Shown piece after piece: positions 56,274 through 64,000 of a DNA stretch of 64,000 bases; the first letter of the stretch is position 1, and each line of letters starts with the position of its first letter. This DNA is from Actinomycetota bacterium (GTDB taxonomy: Bacteria; Actinomycetota; UBA4738; HRBIN12), in contig DASQWI010000014.1 in assembly GCA_035640355.1 (NCBI GenBank), positions 9,133 through 73,132 of the forward strand, given 5' to 3'. A model generated the notes under the pieces. The model did not search any database. It saw only the letters and a list, made by a program, of their open reading frames with translations, and was not told the DNA's origin. Position numbers and translations under genes: made by a program.

Positions 56274-56981
56274 GTGATCGTTCTGGGGATCGACACATCG
56301 ACGAGCCACACATCGGTTGCCCTCGGGACCGAACAGGGGGTCATCGCCGAGGCCGGTTTCACGTCTCCTCGCAAACATGACCACGTCGTGCCGGCGATCG
56401 AACAGCTCCTGGAGTGGGCGGGGTTGACGCTCTCCAACGTAGGCGGGGTCGCTGTCGGGCTCGGACCGGGCCTGTACACGGGACTCCGGGTGGGCGTCCA
56501 GGTCGGCAAGTCGCTCGCGCAGGCGCTCTACCTGCCGATCGTAGGGTTCTCGTCGCTCGACGTCCTTGCCTTCGGCGTTCAGACGACGCGGCGCGTGATT
56601 GGGGCGGTGTTGGACGCCCGCCGCGGCGAGGTCTTCTTCGCCTTCTACCGGAGCGTTCCGGGAGGCGTGATGCGCATCGGCGACTACCGGGTCGACCGGC
56701 CGGACGCCCTCGCGGCTGAGCTGGAGGCGCTGCGCGACGAGGTGTTGCTCGTGGGGAACGGTGCCATCCTGTATCGAAGGGAGCTGGTCGAGTCCGGTGT
56801 CCGTGCCGCGTTTGCCTCTGCGGCGCAGGCCACTCCCGCGGCGTCGGCGCTGGTCGACCTCGCGGCTCCCCGGTTCATCCGGGAAGATACAGACCGGCCG
56901 GCTGATGTGGTGCCGCTCTACCTGAGGAAGACGGATGCGGAGATCGCTTGGGATCAGCGAGCCCGAGGCGCCTCGGCTTGA
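56274..56981 (+). CDS. tsaB: tRNA threonylcarbamoyladenosine biosynthesis protein TsaB
   Basis: GTG 56274 after a GGAGGG RBS. ILGIDTSTSHTSVAL... ASKHA fold. Confidence 0.85.
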   Translation: MIVLGIDTSTSHTSVALGTEQGVIAEAGFTSPRKHDHVVPAIEQLLEWAGLTLSNVGGVAVGLGPGLYTGLRVGVQVGKSLAQALYLPIVGFSSLDVLAFGVQTTRRVIGAVLDARRGEVFFAFYRSVPGGVMRIGDYRVDRPDALAAELEALRDEVLLVGNGAILYRRELVESGVRAAFASAAQATPAASALVDLAAPRFIREDTDRPADVVPLYLRKTDAEIAWDQRARGASA

Positions 56982-56991
56982 GGTGACCCGG

Positions 56992-57495
56992 ATGCGCCGC
57001 CGCCACCTGCGCGGCGTGATGGCGATCGAGCGGCAGGTCTACCCGAGGCCGTGGAGCCCCAACCTGTTCCTGTCCGAGATCGCCGAGTCCCGGAACCGTT
57101 GCTACCTCGTAGCGCGGCTCGACCGGGAGGTGGTCGGCTACGGCGGGCTGATCTGCTACGGCGAGGAAGCGCACATCACCAACATCGCGGTGGACCCCAA
57201 CCAGCAACGCCACCGGATCGGGACCCGATTGCTGCACGACCTGATCGTCGCGTCCGTCGATATGGGCGCCGAGGCCGTCTCACTCGAGGTGCGCGTCACC
57301 AACTGGGGCGCGCAGCGGCTGTATGGACGGTTCGGCTTCCGTCCGGTGGGCGTTCGCAAGAACTACTACCAGGAGATCAACGAAGACGCGCTCATCATGT
57401 GGCTCGACGGGATTCGCGAGTCCGAGTTCCGGGCCAAGCTCCGCGAGCTGATGCAGGACGTGCCGGACGCCGTGAAGCCCGACGAGGTCGTGTGA
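56992..57495 (+). CDS. rimI: Ribosomal-protein-alanine N-acetyltransferase (GNAT)
   Basis: ATG 56992 with a GAGGTGA RBS (alternative GTG at 56983). GNAT motifs HITNIAVDPNQQRHRIGTRLL. Confidence 0.8.
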   Translation: MRRRHLRGVMAIERQVYPRPWSPNLFLSEIAESRNRCYLVARLDREVVGYGGLICYGEEAHITNIAVDPNQQRHRIGTRLLHDLIVASVDMGAEAVSLEVRVTNWGAQRLYGRFGFRPVGVRKNYYQEINEDALIMWLDGIRESEFRAKLRELMQDVPDAVKPDEVV

Positions 57496-58496
57496 GGGTC
57501 GTCGGCATCGAAACGTCCTGCGACGAGACGGGCGTCGCGGTGGTCGAGGACGGCCGCATCCTGTCGAACTTGTTGGCGAGCCAGATCGATCTTCACGAGA
57601 AGTTCGGCGGCGTCGTGCCCGAGGTCGCCAGCCGCGCACACGTCGAGGCGCTCAACCCGATCGTGGAAGAGGCGCTGGAGCAGGCCGGCTCTCGGTTCGA
57701 GGAGCTCGACGGCGTGGCGGTGACCGTCGGGCCGGGCCTCGTCGGCGCACTCCTCGTCGGCATCGCCGGTGCGAAGGCGATCGCGTTCGCCCAGGGGATC
57801 CCGCTCATCGGCGTCAACCATCTCGAGGGCCACGTCTACGCGAACTTCCTGGAGCACGGACCGCCGGAGCCGCCGTACGTGTGCCTGATCGTGTCGGGCG
57901 GTCACACGATGTTGGTGCACATGCCGCAGGAGCACCGCTACCGGGTACTCGGCCAGACCGTCGACGATGCGGCGGGCGAGGCGTTCGACAAGATCGCGCG
58001 GTTCATCGGCCTGGGGTTTCCCGGCGGCCCGGCCCTCGACAAGCTCGCGCGGGACGGCGACCCGGCTTCCATCCGGTTCCCCCGGGCGATGGCCGACTCC
58101 GGCGACTACGACTTCTCGCTTTCCGGGCTGAAGACCGCGGTGCTTCGGCACGTGAAGGGGGAGCGGCAGGCAGGCCGCGAGGTCGGCCTGGCCGACCTCG
58201 CGGCGTCGTTCCAGGAGGCGATCGTCGACGTGCAGGTGGCCAAGACGATGCGGGCGGCCACCGAAACGGACTCCAAGACGGTGCTCCTCGGCGGCGGCGT
58301 CGTCGCGAACAGCCGCCTTCGCGAGCGAATGGAGCGCGCGGGCGAGGAGAACGGGATCCGCGTGCTGTTCCCGCCGCTCCCGCTCTGCACGGACAACGGC
58401 GCGATGATCGCAGCCGCCGGGGCATCGCGCCTCGAGAGGGGAGAGCGCACCGGGCTCGACGTCGGCGCAGACTCGGCGCTGGAGCTCACCGCTTGA
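57492..58496 (+). CDS. tsaD: tRNA N6-adenosine threonylcarbamoyltransferase
   Basis: GTG 57492 overlapping the rimI stop. [14 protein letters not shown]..., metal-binding HLEGH. Confidence 0.9.
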   Translation: MRVVGIETSCDETGVAVVEDGRILSNLLASQIDLHEKFGGVVPEVASRAHVEALNPIVEEALEQAGSRFEELDGVAVTVGPGLVGALLVGIAGAKAIAFAQGIPLIGVNHLEGHVYANFLEHGPPEPPYVCLIVSGGHTMLVHMPQEHRYRVLGQTVDDAAGEAFDKIARFIGLGFPGGPALDKLARDGDPASIRFPRAMADSGDYDFSLSGLKTAVLRHVKGERQAGREVGLADLAASFQEAIVDVQVAKTMRAATETDSKTVLLGGGVVANSRLRERMERAGEENGIRVLFPPLPLCTDNGAMIAAAGASRLERGERTGLDVGADSALELTA

Positions 58497-59437
58497 CGAC
58501 GATCTTCGTCACGGGAGGTGCCGGCTTCATCGGATCCCACCTCTGCGACCGCCTGCTCGCGGAAGGCCATCGCGTCGTCGCCGTCGACGACCTATCGACG
58601 GGTCGGATCGCCAACCTGTCGGAAGCCCGTGGGTATGGCCACGAGTTCACCCTGTTCAACATGGACCTCCGGGCGGACGGCCTGACGTCGTTGTTCGAAC
58701 GTCACCAGCCCGAAGTGGTGATGCACGTCGCTGCGCAGCCTGCAGTGGCAACGTCGATGCAGCAGCCGATGTTCGACGCGTCCGTGAACGTCATGGGTTC
58801 GCTCAATGTCCTCGAGTGCGCGCGCCGAACCGGCGTCCGGAAGGTCGTCTACGCCGCGTCGGGCGGGACGATCTACGGCGATCCCCGCAGAGTGCCAGTC
58901 AAGGAGACCGCGCTGGCCTCTGGTCGACCCGTCTCGCCGTACGGAATCAGCAAGAAAGTCGTCGTCGACTACCTCGCCTTCTACGAGCGCTACCACGGGA
59001 TCGAGTGGACGGCCCTGGCGCTGGCGAACGTCTACGGACCGCGCCAGGATCCCACCGGCGAGGCCGGCGTCATCTCCATATTCGCGTCGTCGATGCTCGC
59101 CGGTCGCTCGCCGACGATCTTCGGCGACGGGAACCAGACGCGTGACTACGTGTTCGTGGACGACGTCGTCCACGCGTTCGCGCTCGCGAGCGACCGGGGA
59201 GCCGGTCGCCTGGTGAACATCGGGACGGCGGTGGAGACCTCCGTCAACGGCCTGTACCGGATGCTGGGAGAGATCACCCGCTTCACGGGTGAACCGGCGT
59301 TCGGACCAGCGCGGCCGGGCGACCTTCGGCGGAACGTCCTGGACGTCGAGCTCGCGGACGAGGTGCTCGGCTGGCGCCCGTGGACGCACCTCGAGGACGG
59401 TCTCGGCGAAACCGTCGCTTACATGAAGGGCGTCTGA
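58493..59437 (+). CDS. NAD-dependent nucleotide-sugar epimerase/dehydratase (extended SDR)
   Basis: TTG start overlapping the tsaD stop. [11 protein letters not shown] Rossmann motif, YxxxK (YGISKKV). Confidence 0.8.
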   Translation: MTTIFVTGGAGFIGSHLCDRLLAEGHRVVAVDDLSTGRIANLSEARGYGHEFTLFNMDLRADGLTSLFERHQPEVVMHVAAQPAVATSMQQPMFDASVNVMGSLNVLECARRTGVRKVVYAASGGTIYGDPRRVPVKETALASGRPVSPYGISKKVVVDYLAFYERYHGIEWTALALANVYGPRQDPTGEAGVISIFASSMLAGRSPTIFGDGNQTRDYVFVDDVVHAFALASDRGAGRLVNIGTAVETSVNGLYRMLGEITRFTGEPAFGPARPGDLRRNVLDVELADEVLGWRPWTHLEDGLGETVAYMKGV

Positions 59438-59453
59438 CCGCCTCGCCCGGCTG

Positions 59454-59912
59454 TCAGTCCTCGCCTCGTACCGGCGGCTGGAGCCGCTCGGCCAGGTCTT
59501 CTCGGGTCGTGCCGGCCTCCGACGCGAGGACCTCGAGGTCGCTCTCCCGAATCACCATCGTCTCCGCCCGCGGCTCGCGGCGCCGGTCGAGGACGTGCTT
59601 CACGAACCGCTCGATGCGTTCCCGTTCCGGCTCACCGAGCGCCTCCAGTCGGTTGAGATCGATCACCAGCTCGGTCGTGCCGGTGACCGCACCGACGATG
59701 TCGGCGAGCACCGCAGACGGAGAGGCGTGATACACGAGGCAGAGTTGACAGAATCGCTCGACCGAGATCGTGCGCTCTCCGCGCTCGTATCCCGCAACGG
59801 AGGTCGCCTTGAACTCGCCGCCGGTTGCGCTGGCGACCTGTCGCAGCGTCAGCCCACGGGTCGCGCGGGCTCGACGAAGCGCTCTGCCGATCTCCTCGGC
59901 GAACTCGCCCAA
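59454..59912 (-). CDS. XRE-like HTH DNA-binding protein (paralog 1)
   Basis: LTLRQVASATGGEFKATSVAGYERGERTISVERFCQL. TTG start at 59912. Confidence 0.6.
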   Translation of the reverse strand: MGEFAEEIGRALRRARATRGLTLRQVASATGGEFKATSVAGYERGERTISVERFCQLCLVYHASPSAVLADIVGAVTGTTELVIDLNRLEALGEPERERIERFVKHVLDRRREPRAETMVIRESDLEVLASEAGTTREDLAERLQPPVRGED

Positions 59913-60039
59913 TCAATTCCTTCGTCGACGTTCGCTACCGCGGGGCCGGAGCGCATCGCGAGTCTAGAGGTCGATTCCCGCGAAGGGAAACGTCAACGTC
60001 AAAGGATTTCTCGGCGCGGCGACAAAACGCGGGGCGCGG

Positions 60040-60405
60040 TTACCGGCGACGGAGGGGTTCGCGGCCGAACTGATCGAAGACGACTACGTCGCGGCCACTG
60101 CCGTTGGCGGCGCGGCCCTCGCCCGGTTGCGCTTCGAGGCGGTGCGCGATCGCGGCGACGATCCGCTCCGCAGCCACGCCGTAGACGTCGGCCAGCGCGA
60201 ATAGCCGTTCAAGAGAGATCTGGCGCTCTCCGCGTTCGTACGACGCGATGGAGGAAGGCTTGAACCGGCCGCCCGAGCGGACGGTCACCTGGCGGAGGGA
60301 GAGCGATCGTCCCGTCCGGATCTGCCGCAGCACACTTCCCGCTGCGGCCGCGAAGTCTTGGTACTGGTCGATGAGACCGTCTTTCCCACTCGCGCCGCAA
60401 ACCAC
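60040..60405 (-). CDS. XRE-like HTH DNA-binding protein (paralog 2)
   Basis: LSLRQVTVRSGGRFKPSSIASYERGERQISLERLFAL, paralogous to 59454..59912. GTG start. Confidence 0.55.
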   Translation of the reverse strand: MVCGASGKDGLIDQYQDFAAAAGSVLRQIRTGRSLSLRQVTVRSGGRFKPSSIASYERGERQISLERLFALADVYGVAAERIVAAIAHRLEAQPGEGRAANGSGRDVVVFDQFGREPLRRR

Positions 60406-60446
60406 ACGCGGGCGATCATGGGACCCCTGGGTGGGCTACGGACGCC

Positions 60447-61463
60447 TCAGCGGTCCCTGTCGACCCGCACGGTGCGCCCGGCGAGCTCATCCTCGAGGAG
60501 CGCGACGTCGCCGTCGACCATGAGCGCGACGAGCTCCTCGAAGCTCGTCTTCGCCTTCCAGCCGAGCTTCTCTCTAGCCTTCGCCGGATCGCCGCACAAC
60601 GATTCGACCTCCGCCGGCCGGAAGTAAGCCGGGTCGATCTCGACGTGGCGCTGCCAGTCGAGCCCGACGCGATCGAAGGCCAGCTCGACGAACTCCCGGA
60701 CGGTATGAGCCTCGCCCGTCGCGATCACGAAGTCCTCGGGCTCGTCCTGCTGGAGGATCATCCACATCGCCTCGACGTACTCAGGGGCGTATCCCCAGTC
60801 GCGCGACGCGTCGAGGTTCCCCAGGTACAGCTTGTCCTGCATCCCCGCCTTGATCCGCGCAACGGCTCGAGAGATCTTCCGCGTCACGAACGTCTCGCCG
60901 CGACGGATCGACTCGTGATTGAACAGGATGCCGTTCGAAGCGAAGGTCCCGTAGGCCTCGCGGTAGTTCACCGCGGACCAGAAGGCGAACACCTTCGAGA
61001 CGCCGTACGGGCTGCGTGGGTGGAACGGCGTCTCTTCGTTCTGTGGTGGTTGCGCCGCTCCGTACATCTCCGATGACGATGCCTGATAGAACCGCGTGCT
61101 CACGCCTGAGGCCCGGATCGCTTCGAGCATGCGGATCGTTCCCATGCCGGTCGAGTCCGCCGTGTACTCGGGGACCTCGAAGCTCACCTTTACGTGGCTC
61201 TGCGCGCCGAGGTGGTAGATCTCGTTCGGCTCCAGCTGGCGGATCAGGTTGATCAACGAGCCCGAATCCGACAGATCGCCGTAGTGCATCCGGAAACGAA
61301 CCCCGGACTCGTGAGGGTCGTGGTAGATCTGCTCCACCCGCTGCGTGTTGAACGACGAGGACCGGCGGATGAGGCCGTGAACCTCGTAGCCCTTGGCCAG
61401 TAGGAACTCGGCGAGGTATGAGCCGTCCTGCCCGTTCACGCCCGTGATCAATGCCGTCTTCAT
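60447..61463 (-). CDS. gmd: GDP-mannose 4,6-dehydratase
   Basis: ATG 61463 ([30 protein letters not shown]...). YxxxK (YGVSKV). Confidence 0.9.
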   Translation of the reverse strand: MKTALITGVNGQDGSYLAEFLLAKGYEVHGLIRRSSSFNTQRVEQIYHDPHESGVRFRMHYGDLSDSGSLINLIRQLEPNEIYHLGAQSHVKVSFEVPEYTADSTGMGTIRMLEAIRASGVSTRFYQASSSEMYGAAQPPQNEETPFHPRSPYGVSKVFAFWSAVNYREAYGTFASNGILFNHESIRRGETFVTRKISRAVARIKAGMQDKLYLGNLDASRDWGYAPEYVEAMWMILQQDEPEDFVIATGEAHTVREFVELAFDRVGLDWQRHVEIDPAYFRPAEVESLCGDPAKAREKLGWKAKTSFEELVALMVDGDVALLEDELAGRTVRVDRDR

Positions 61464-61526
61464 CTCAAGCACCCTCTGCATCGCTGGTCATCACGAATTT
61501 CATCATCGGCGCAGATCGCACCGAAA

Positions 61527-63230
61527 TTAGGTGTGGACGAACGATGCGGATACAGACTTGTCTGCGTCCATCGTAACGGAACAACTAGCTGTTCCGGAGC
61601 ACGCTCCCCCCCAACCGTCGAACGTGGAACCCGGATCTGCGGCTGCTGTGAGATCGATGACGGTGCCGAATTCGTACGTCTCATCGCAGTCGGAGCCGCA
61701 GCTTATACCGGCGGGACTGCTCGTGACAGTCCCGGAACCGTCTCCAGACAAAGACACCGTCAACGTGACGGGGTTGGCGGTGAACGTCGCAATGACCTCC
61801 TTGGAGACGTTCATGGTTACGGTGCACTGAGCGGTTCCGCTGCATGCGCCGCCCCATCCGGCGAAGGTCGAACCTCCAGCATCATTCGCCGTCAGCGTCA
61901 CGCTCGTTCCCTCGTTGTACGGCTCGATGCAGTCGTTACCGCAGTTGATACCGGCGGGGCTACTCGTCACCATGCCGTTGCCCGTTCCGGCCTTTGTAAC
62001 GGTTAACACGGGCTTGTTCGAGAACGTCGCCGTGACGGACCGGGGGCCGTTCATCTGCAGGGTGCATGTCGACGTGCTCCCGGTGCATGCACCACTCCAG
62101 CCGGCGAACGTCGCGCCGGCGGTTGCTTGGGCAGTAAGCGTCACGCCGGTGCCGAACTCATACGTCTCGGTGCAGTCGGAGCCGCAGTTGATGCCGGCGG
62201 GGCTGCTCGTCACGTTTCCGTCGCCCTGTACCTTCACGGTCAGGGTGGGCGTCAGGTCTTCTTCGATCTGCCATGCGTCGGACACGGCAGCTCGCGCGCA
62301 GTCGAATTCATCGAACAGCAGTGTCGTAGTTCCCTGCGGGTCGGTGTACGCATCCATCGCCGAAACGTCGTCGCCCGAGGGGAGGCTCGTCACCACGGCG
62401 GAGACCCCGTCCACCGACCGGCTGACGAGCCGGACACCGCTACCGCAGCCGCCTCTCGATCGGGCGAAGAATACGGTGCCCGTGGACGAGACGGCCGGCG
62501 AGTACTGTCGGCCGCCGCGATTGGGCATCCTCGTCTTCTCCCCATCGGGGATGTGGTACCGGATGACGTCGCACTCCTTCCGGGAGGAGCATTTGTGCCA
62601 CACGGCCCATTCGCCGTTTACCTCACCCGGCGCCAGATCAACGAAGCCGCCGCCGACGCGACTACGGTCCAGTCGCTGAATCGTCTTCGTGGACAGGTCC
62701 AACAGCATGATCGTGCGCACGCCGCTGTCGAACAGGCGACCGAACAGCACGAAGTCGTCTGAGTGGCTGGGCCAGTACTCCCAGTTGGGGCTGTTCGCCT
62801 TCGGCGGCAGATTGCCATGAGATCGGTCGACGAGGTCGAAGAGCTTCAGCTTTGAGTCGCCGGCTCGGAACTGCTGGTAGACGAGGAGGTCTCCGTCGAT
62901 GTCACCGTTCGCCGCGTTCGCTCTGCGCGGGTTGACGCGAAAGATGCCGCCTCCACCCAGCTCCCGGGCGTATACGTCGTAGTCGTTCGGGTTCCGGCGC
63001 GTGTTCTGTTGCCACGCTATGAAGTTGTCGCCGCGGACCGGCTGGAACTCTCCGGCTCCCGGGCGGCCGACGAGCTTCTCCGGGGTCGCCGCCAGAGCAC
63101 TCGTCCCCGGCACTACGACGACGGCAAGCGTCGGAAGCGCCACGACCAGCGCGCACGAAAGCCAGCGACGCCGCCCGAGCTGCCGTGAGCTCTCGTATCG
63201 GCTGGCTGGGTTGAGGGGAAGCCGTGCCAC
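61527..63230 (-). CDS. Secreted protein: signal peptide + TolB/WD40-like beta-propeller + three C-terminal ~75-aa Cys-containing tandem repeats (InlB B-repeat/Listeria-Bacteroides-repeat-like)
   Basis: N-terminus LSCALVVALPTLAVVVVPGTSALAATP. Repeats carry the pattern G.G.VTSSPAGI.CG.DC...Y..GT.VTLTA....G.TF.GW.GAC.G...C. Confidence 0.7.
   Translation of the reverse strand: MARLPLNPASRYESSRQLGRRRWLSCALVVALPTLAVVVVPGTSALAATPEKLVGRPGAGEFQPVRGDNFIAWQQNTRRNPNDYDVYARELGGGGIFRVNPRRANAANGDIDGDLLVYQQFRAGDSKLKLFDLVDRSHGNLPPKANSPNWEYWPSHSDDFVLFGRLFDSGVRTIMLLDLSTKTIQRLDRSRVGGGFVDLAPGEVNGEWAVWHKCSSRKECDVIRYHIPDGEKTRMPNRGGRQYSPAVSSTGTVFFARSRGGCGSGVRLVSRSVDGVSAVVTSLPSGDDVSAMDAYTDPQGTTTLLFDEFDCARAAVSDAWQIEEDLTPTLTVKVQGDGNVTSSPAGINCGSDCTETYEFGTGVTLTAQATAGATFAGWSGACTGSTSTCTLQMNGPRSVTATFSNKPVLTVTKAGTGNGMVTSSPAGINCGNDCIEPYNEGTSVTLTANDAGGSTFAGWGGACSGTAQCTVTMNVSKEVIATFTANPVTLTVSLSGDGSGTVTSSPAGISCGSDCDETYEFGTVIDLTAAADPGSTFDGWGGACSGTASCSVTMDADKSVSASFVHT
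61530..62230. repeat. Three tandem ~225-bp coding repeats inside the secreted-protein gene
   Basis: Repeated segments are visible at DNA level (e.g. GTCGGAGCCGCAG...ATACCGGCGGG recurring) and at protein level. Confidence 0.7.
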
Positions 63231-63504
63231 CCCCGGGCCCTCCTCGCGGCTTTGTTGTCAGGGACAACGACGGTACCGTACGGAGGTTGCCCTAGACCAG
63301 ATAACCGACAGCGGATTGTGCACCCGAGGCGGCTATGGACGCCATCAAGGGCCCCTGGCTGCGGTTCGCGCTCCGCGGTTGGGTTTGGCCGGTAGAAGGG
63401 AAGCTCCCTGCCACGCTCCACTCCTCCCTCGACGTTCGATCCCAGGGAGGTTGTTACCCGACAGGAAACCGCGTAGGACGGGCGCGAGGCAGGAAGCTTT
63501 GTGT

Positions 63505-64000
63505 CTAGCCGATCACGCGTAGATGTCCCGTTCGGTCGTGCCCGGCGGCCTTCCACTCTTGCCACGTGAGCGTCTGGCTGTTCCAAGCCCAGTGGGGGGC
63601 GTCGCGGTCGCGCACGCGATACGTGTTCCGCTCGAAGCGGTTCTTGGCGCCGAAGCTGAACAGGTCAACGCCGAAGCCGCCCACCAGACTTGCGTCCACC
63701 TGCAACGTCATCACGTTGTCGCGCACAGACACTGATCGCGTGGCGCCGGAGCGGTCGCTGCCATCGATCAGCGTGATCGGGCTTGCGCTTCCGATGATGT
63801 CGTTGTCGAAGATCTCGATGCCGCTCGTGCCGCCGTCGGAGTCGGCCACGACGATCTGCCCGTTGTAGGGATTCGACGAGCCGTCGCCGACGCCGTTTCC
63901 GGATAGCGAGTTGTGATGGATCTTTGCCCCCCCGTAGCTCGCCTCCCAGAAGATTCCCCACCGGTAGTTCTCGTAGATCTTGTTGCGATAGATCCGAGCG
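63505..64000 (-). CDS. Right-handed parallel beta-helix repeat protein (pectate-lyase/NosD-like fold), C-terminal fragment. Gene continues past the window edge.
   Basis: Reading frame stays open to the window end. Beta-helix repeat character (NGQIVVADSDGGTSGIEIFDNDIIGSASPITLIDGSD...). Confidence 0.5.
   Translation of the reverse strand, partial: ARIYRNKIYENYRWGIFWEASYGGAKIHHNSLSGNGVGDGSSNPYNGQIVVADSDGGTSGIEIFDNDIIGSASPITLIDGSDRSGATRSVSVRDNVMTLQVDASLVGGFGVDLFSFGAKNRFERNTYRVRDRDAPHWAWNSQTLTWQEWKAAGHDRTGHLRVIG

Overview
High-GC (~68-70%) Actinomycetota-like chromosomal window covering the core transcription/translation 'super-operon' region almost end to end. On the plus strand it runs PAS-PP2C-RsbW-like/STAS partner-switch pair, tRNA-Met, tuf(copy 1), rpmG, hadA/hadB-like hotdog pair, tRNA-Trp, secE, nusG, rplK-rplA, rplJ-rplL, rpoB-rpoC, rpsL-rpsG-fusA-tuf(copy 2), then the S10/spc/alpha operons (rpsJ through rplQ with secY, adk, map, infA, rpmJ, rpoA), truA, rplM-rpsI, glmM, glmS, acpS, nnr, alr, tsaE-tsaB-rimI-tsaD. 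The right end carries a deoxy-sugar/surface-glycan-like cluster (NAD-dependent epimerase, gmd, two XRE-like regulators, a secreted beta-propeller protein with Cys-containing tandem repeats, and a partial beta-helix protein). Lineage-specific genes are inserted into this conserved backbone: an orphan NarL-family response regulator, a 530-aa coiled-coil repeat protein antisense between hadB and tRNA-Trp, a 714-aa polytopic membrane (GT-C-like) protein between rplA and rplJ, an XRE regulator before rpoB, a MarR regulator with two perfect palindromic operators before rpsL, a DivIVA-domain protein between map and infA, and a DmpA-like peptidase plus family-4 UDG between alr and tsaE. A ~1.2 kb lower-GC island between glmS and acpS encodes a cysteine-free QueF-family T-fold protein and two overlapping small membrane proteins. 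Ribosomal-protein peculiarities include L24 with a CxxC-x19-CxxC motif, L13 with a ~100-aa Lys/Ala/Thr-rich tail, and L10/S3/NusG with long acidic extensions. No CRISPR array, IS element or transposase was seen. All calls rest on reading the sequence and the six-frame ORF track, with no database searches run.
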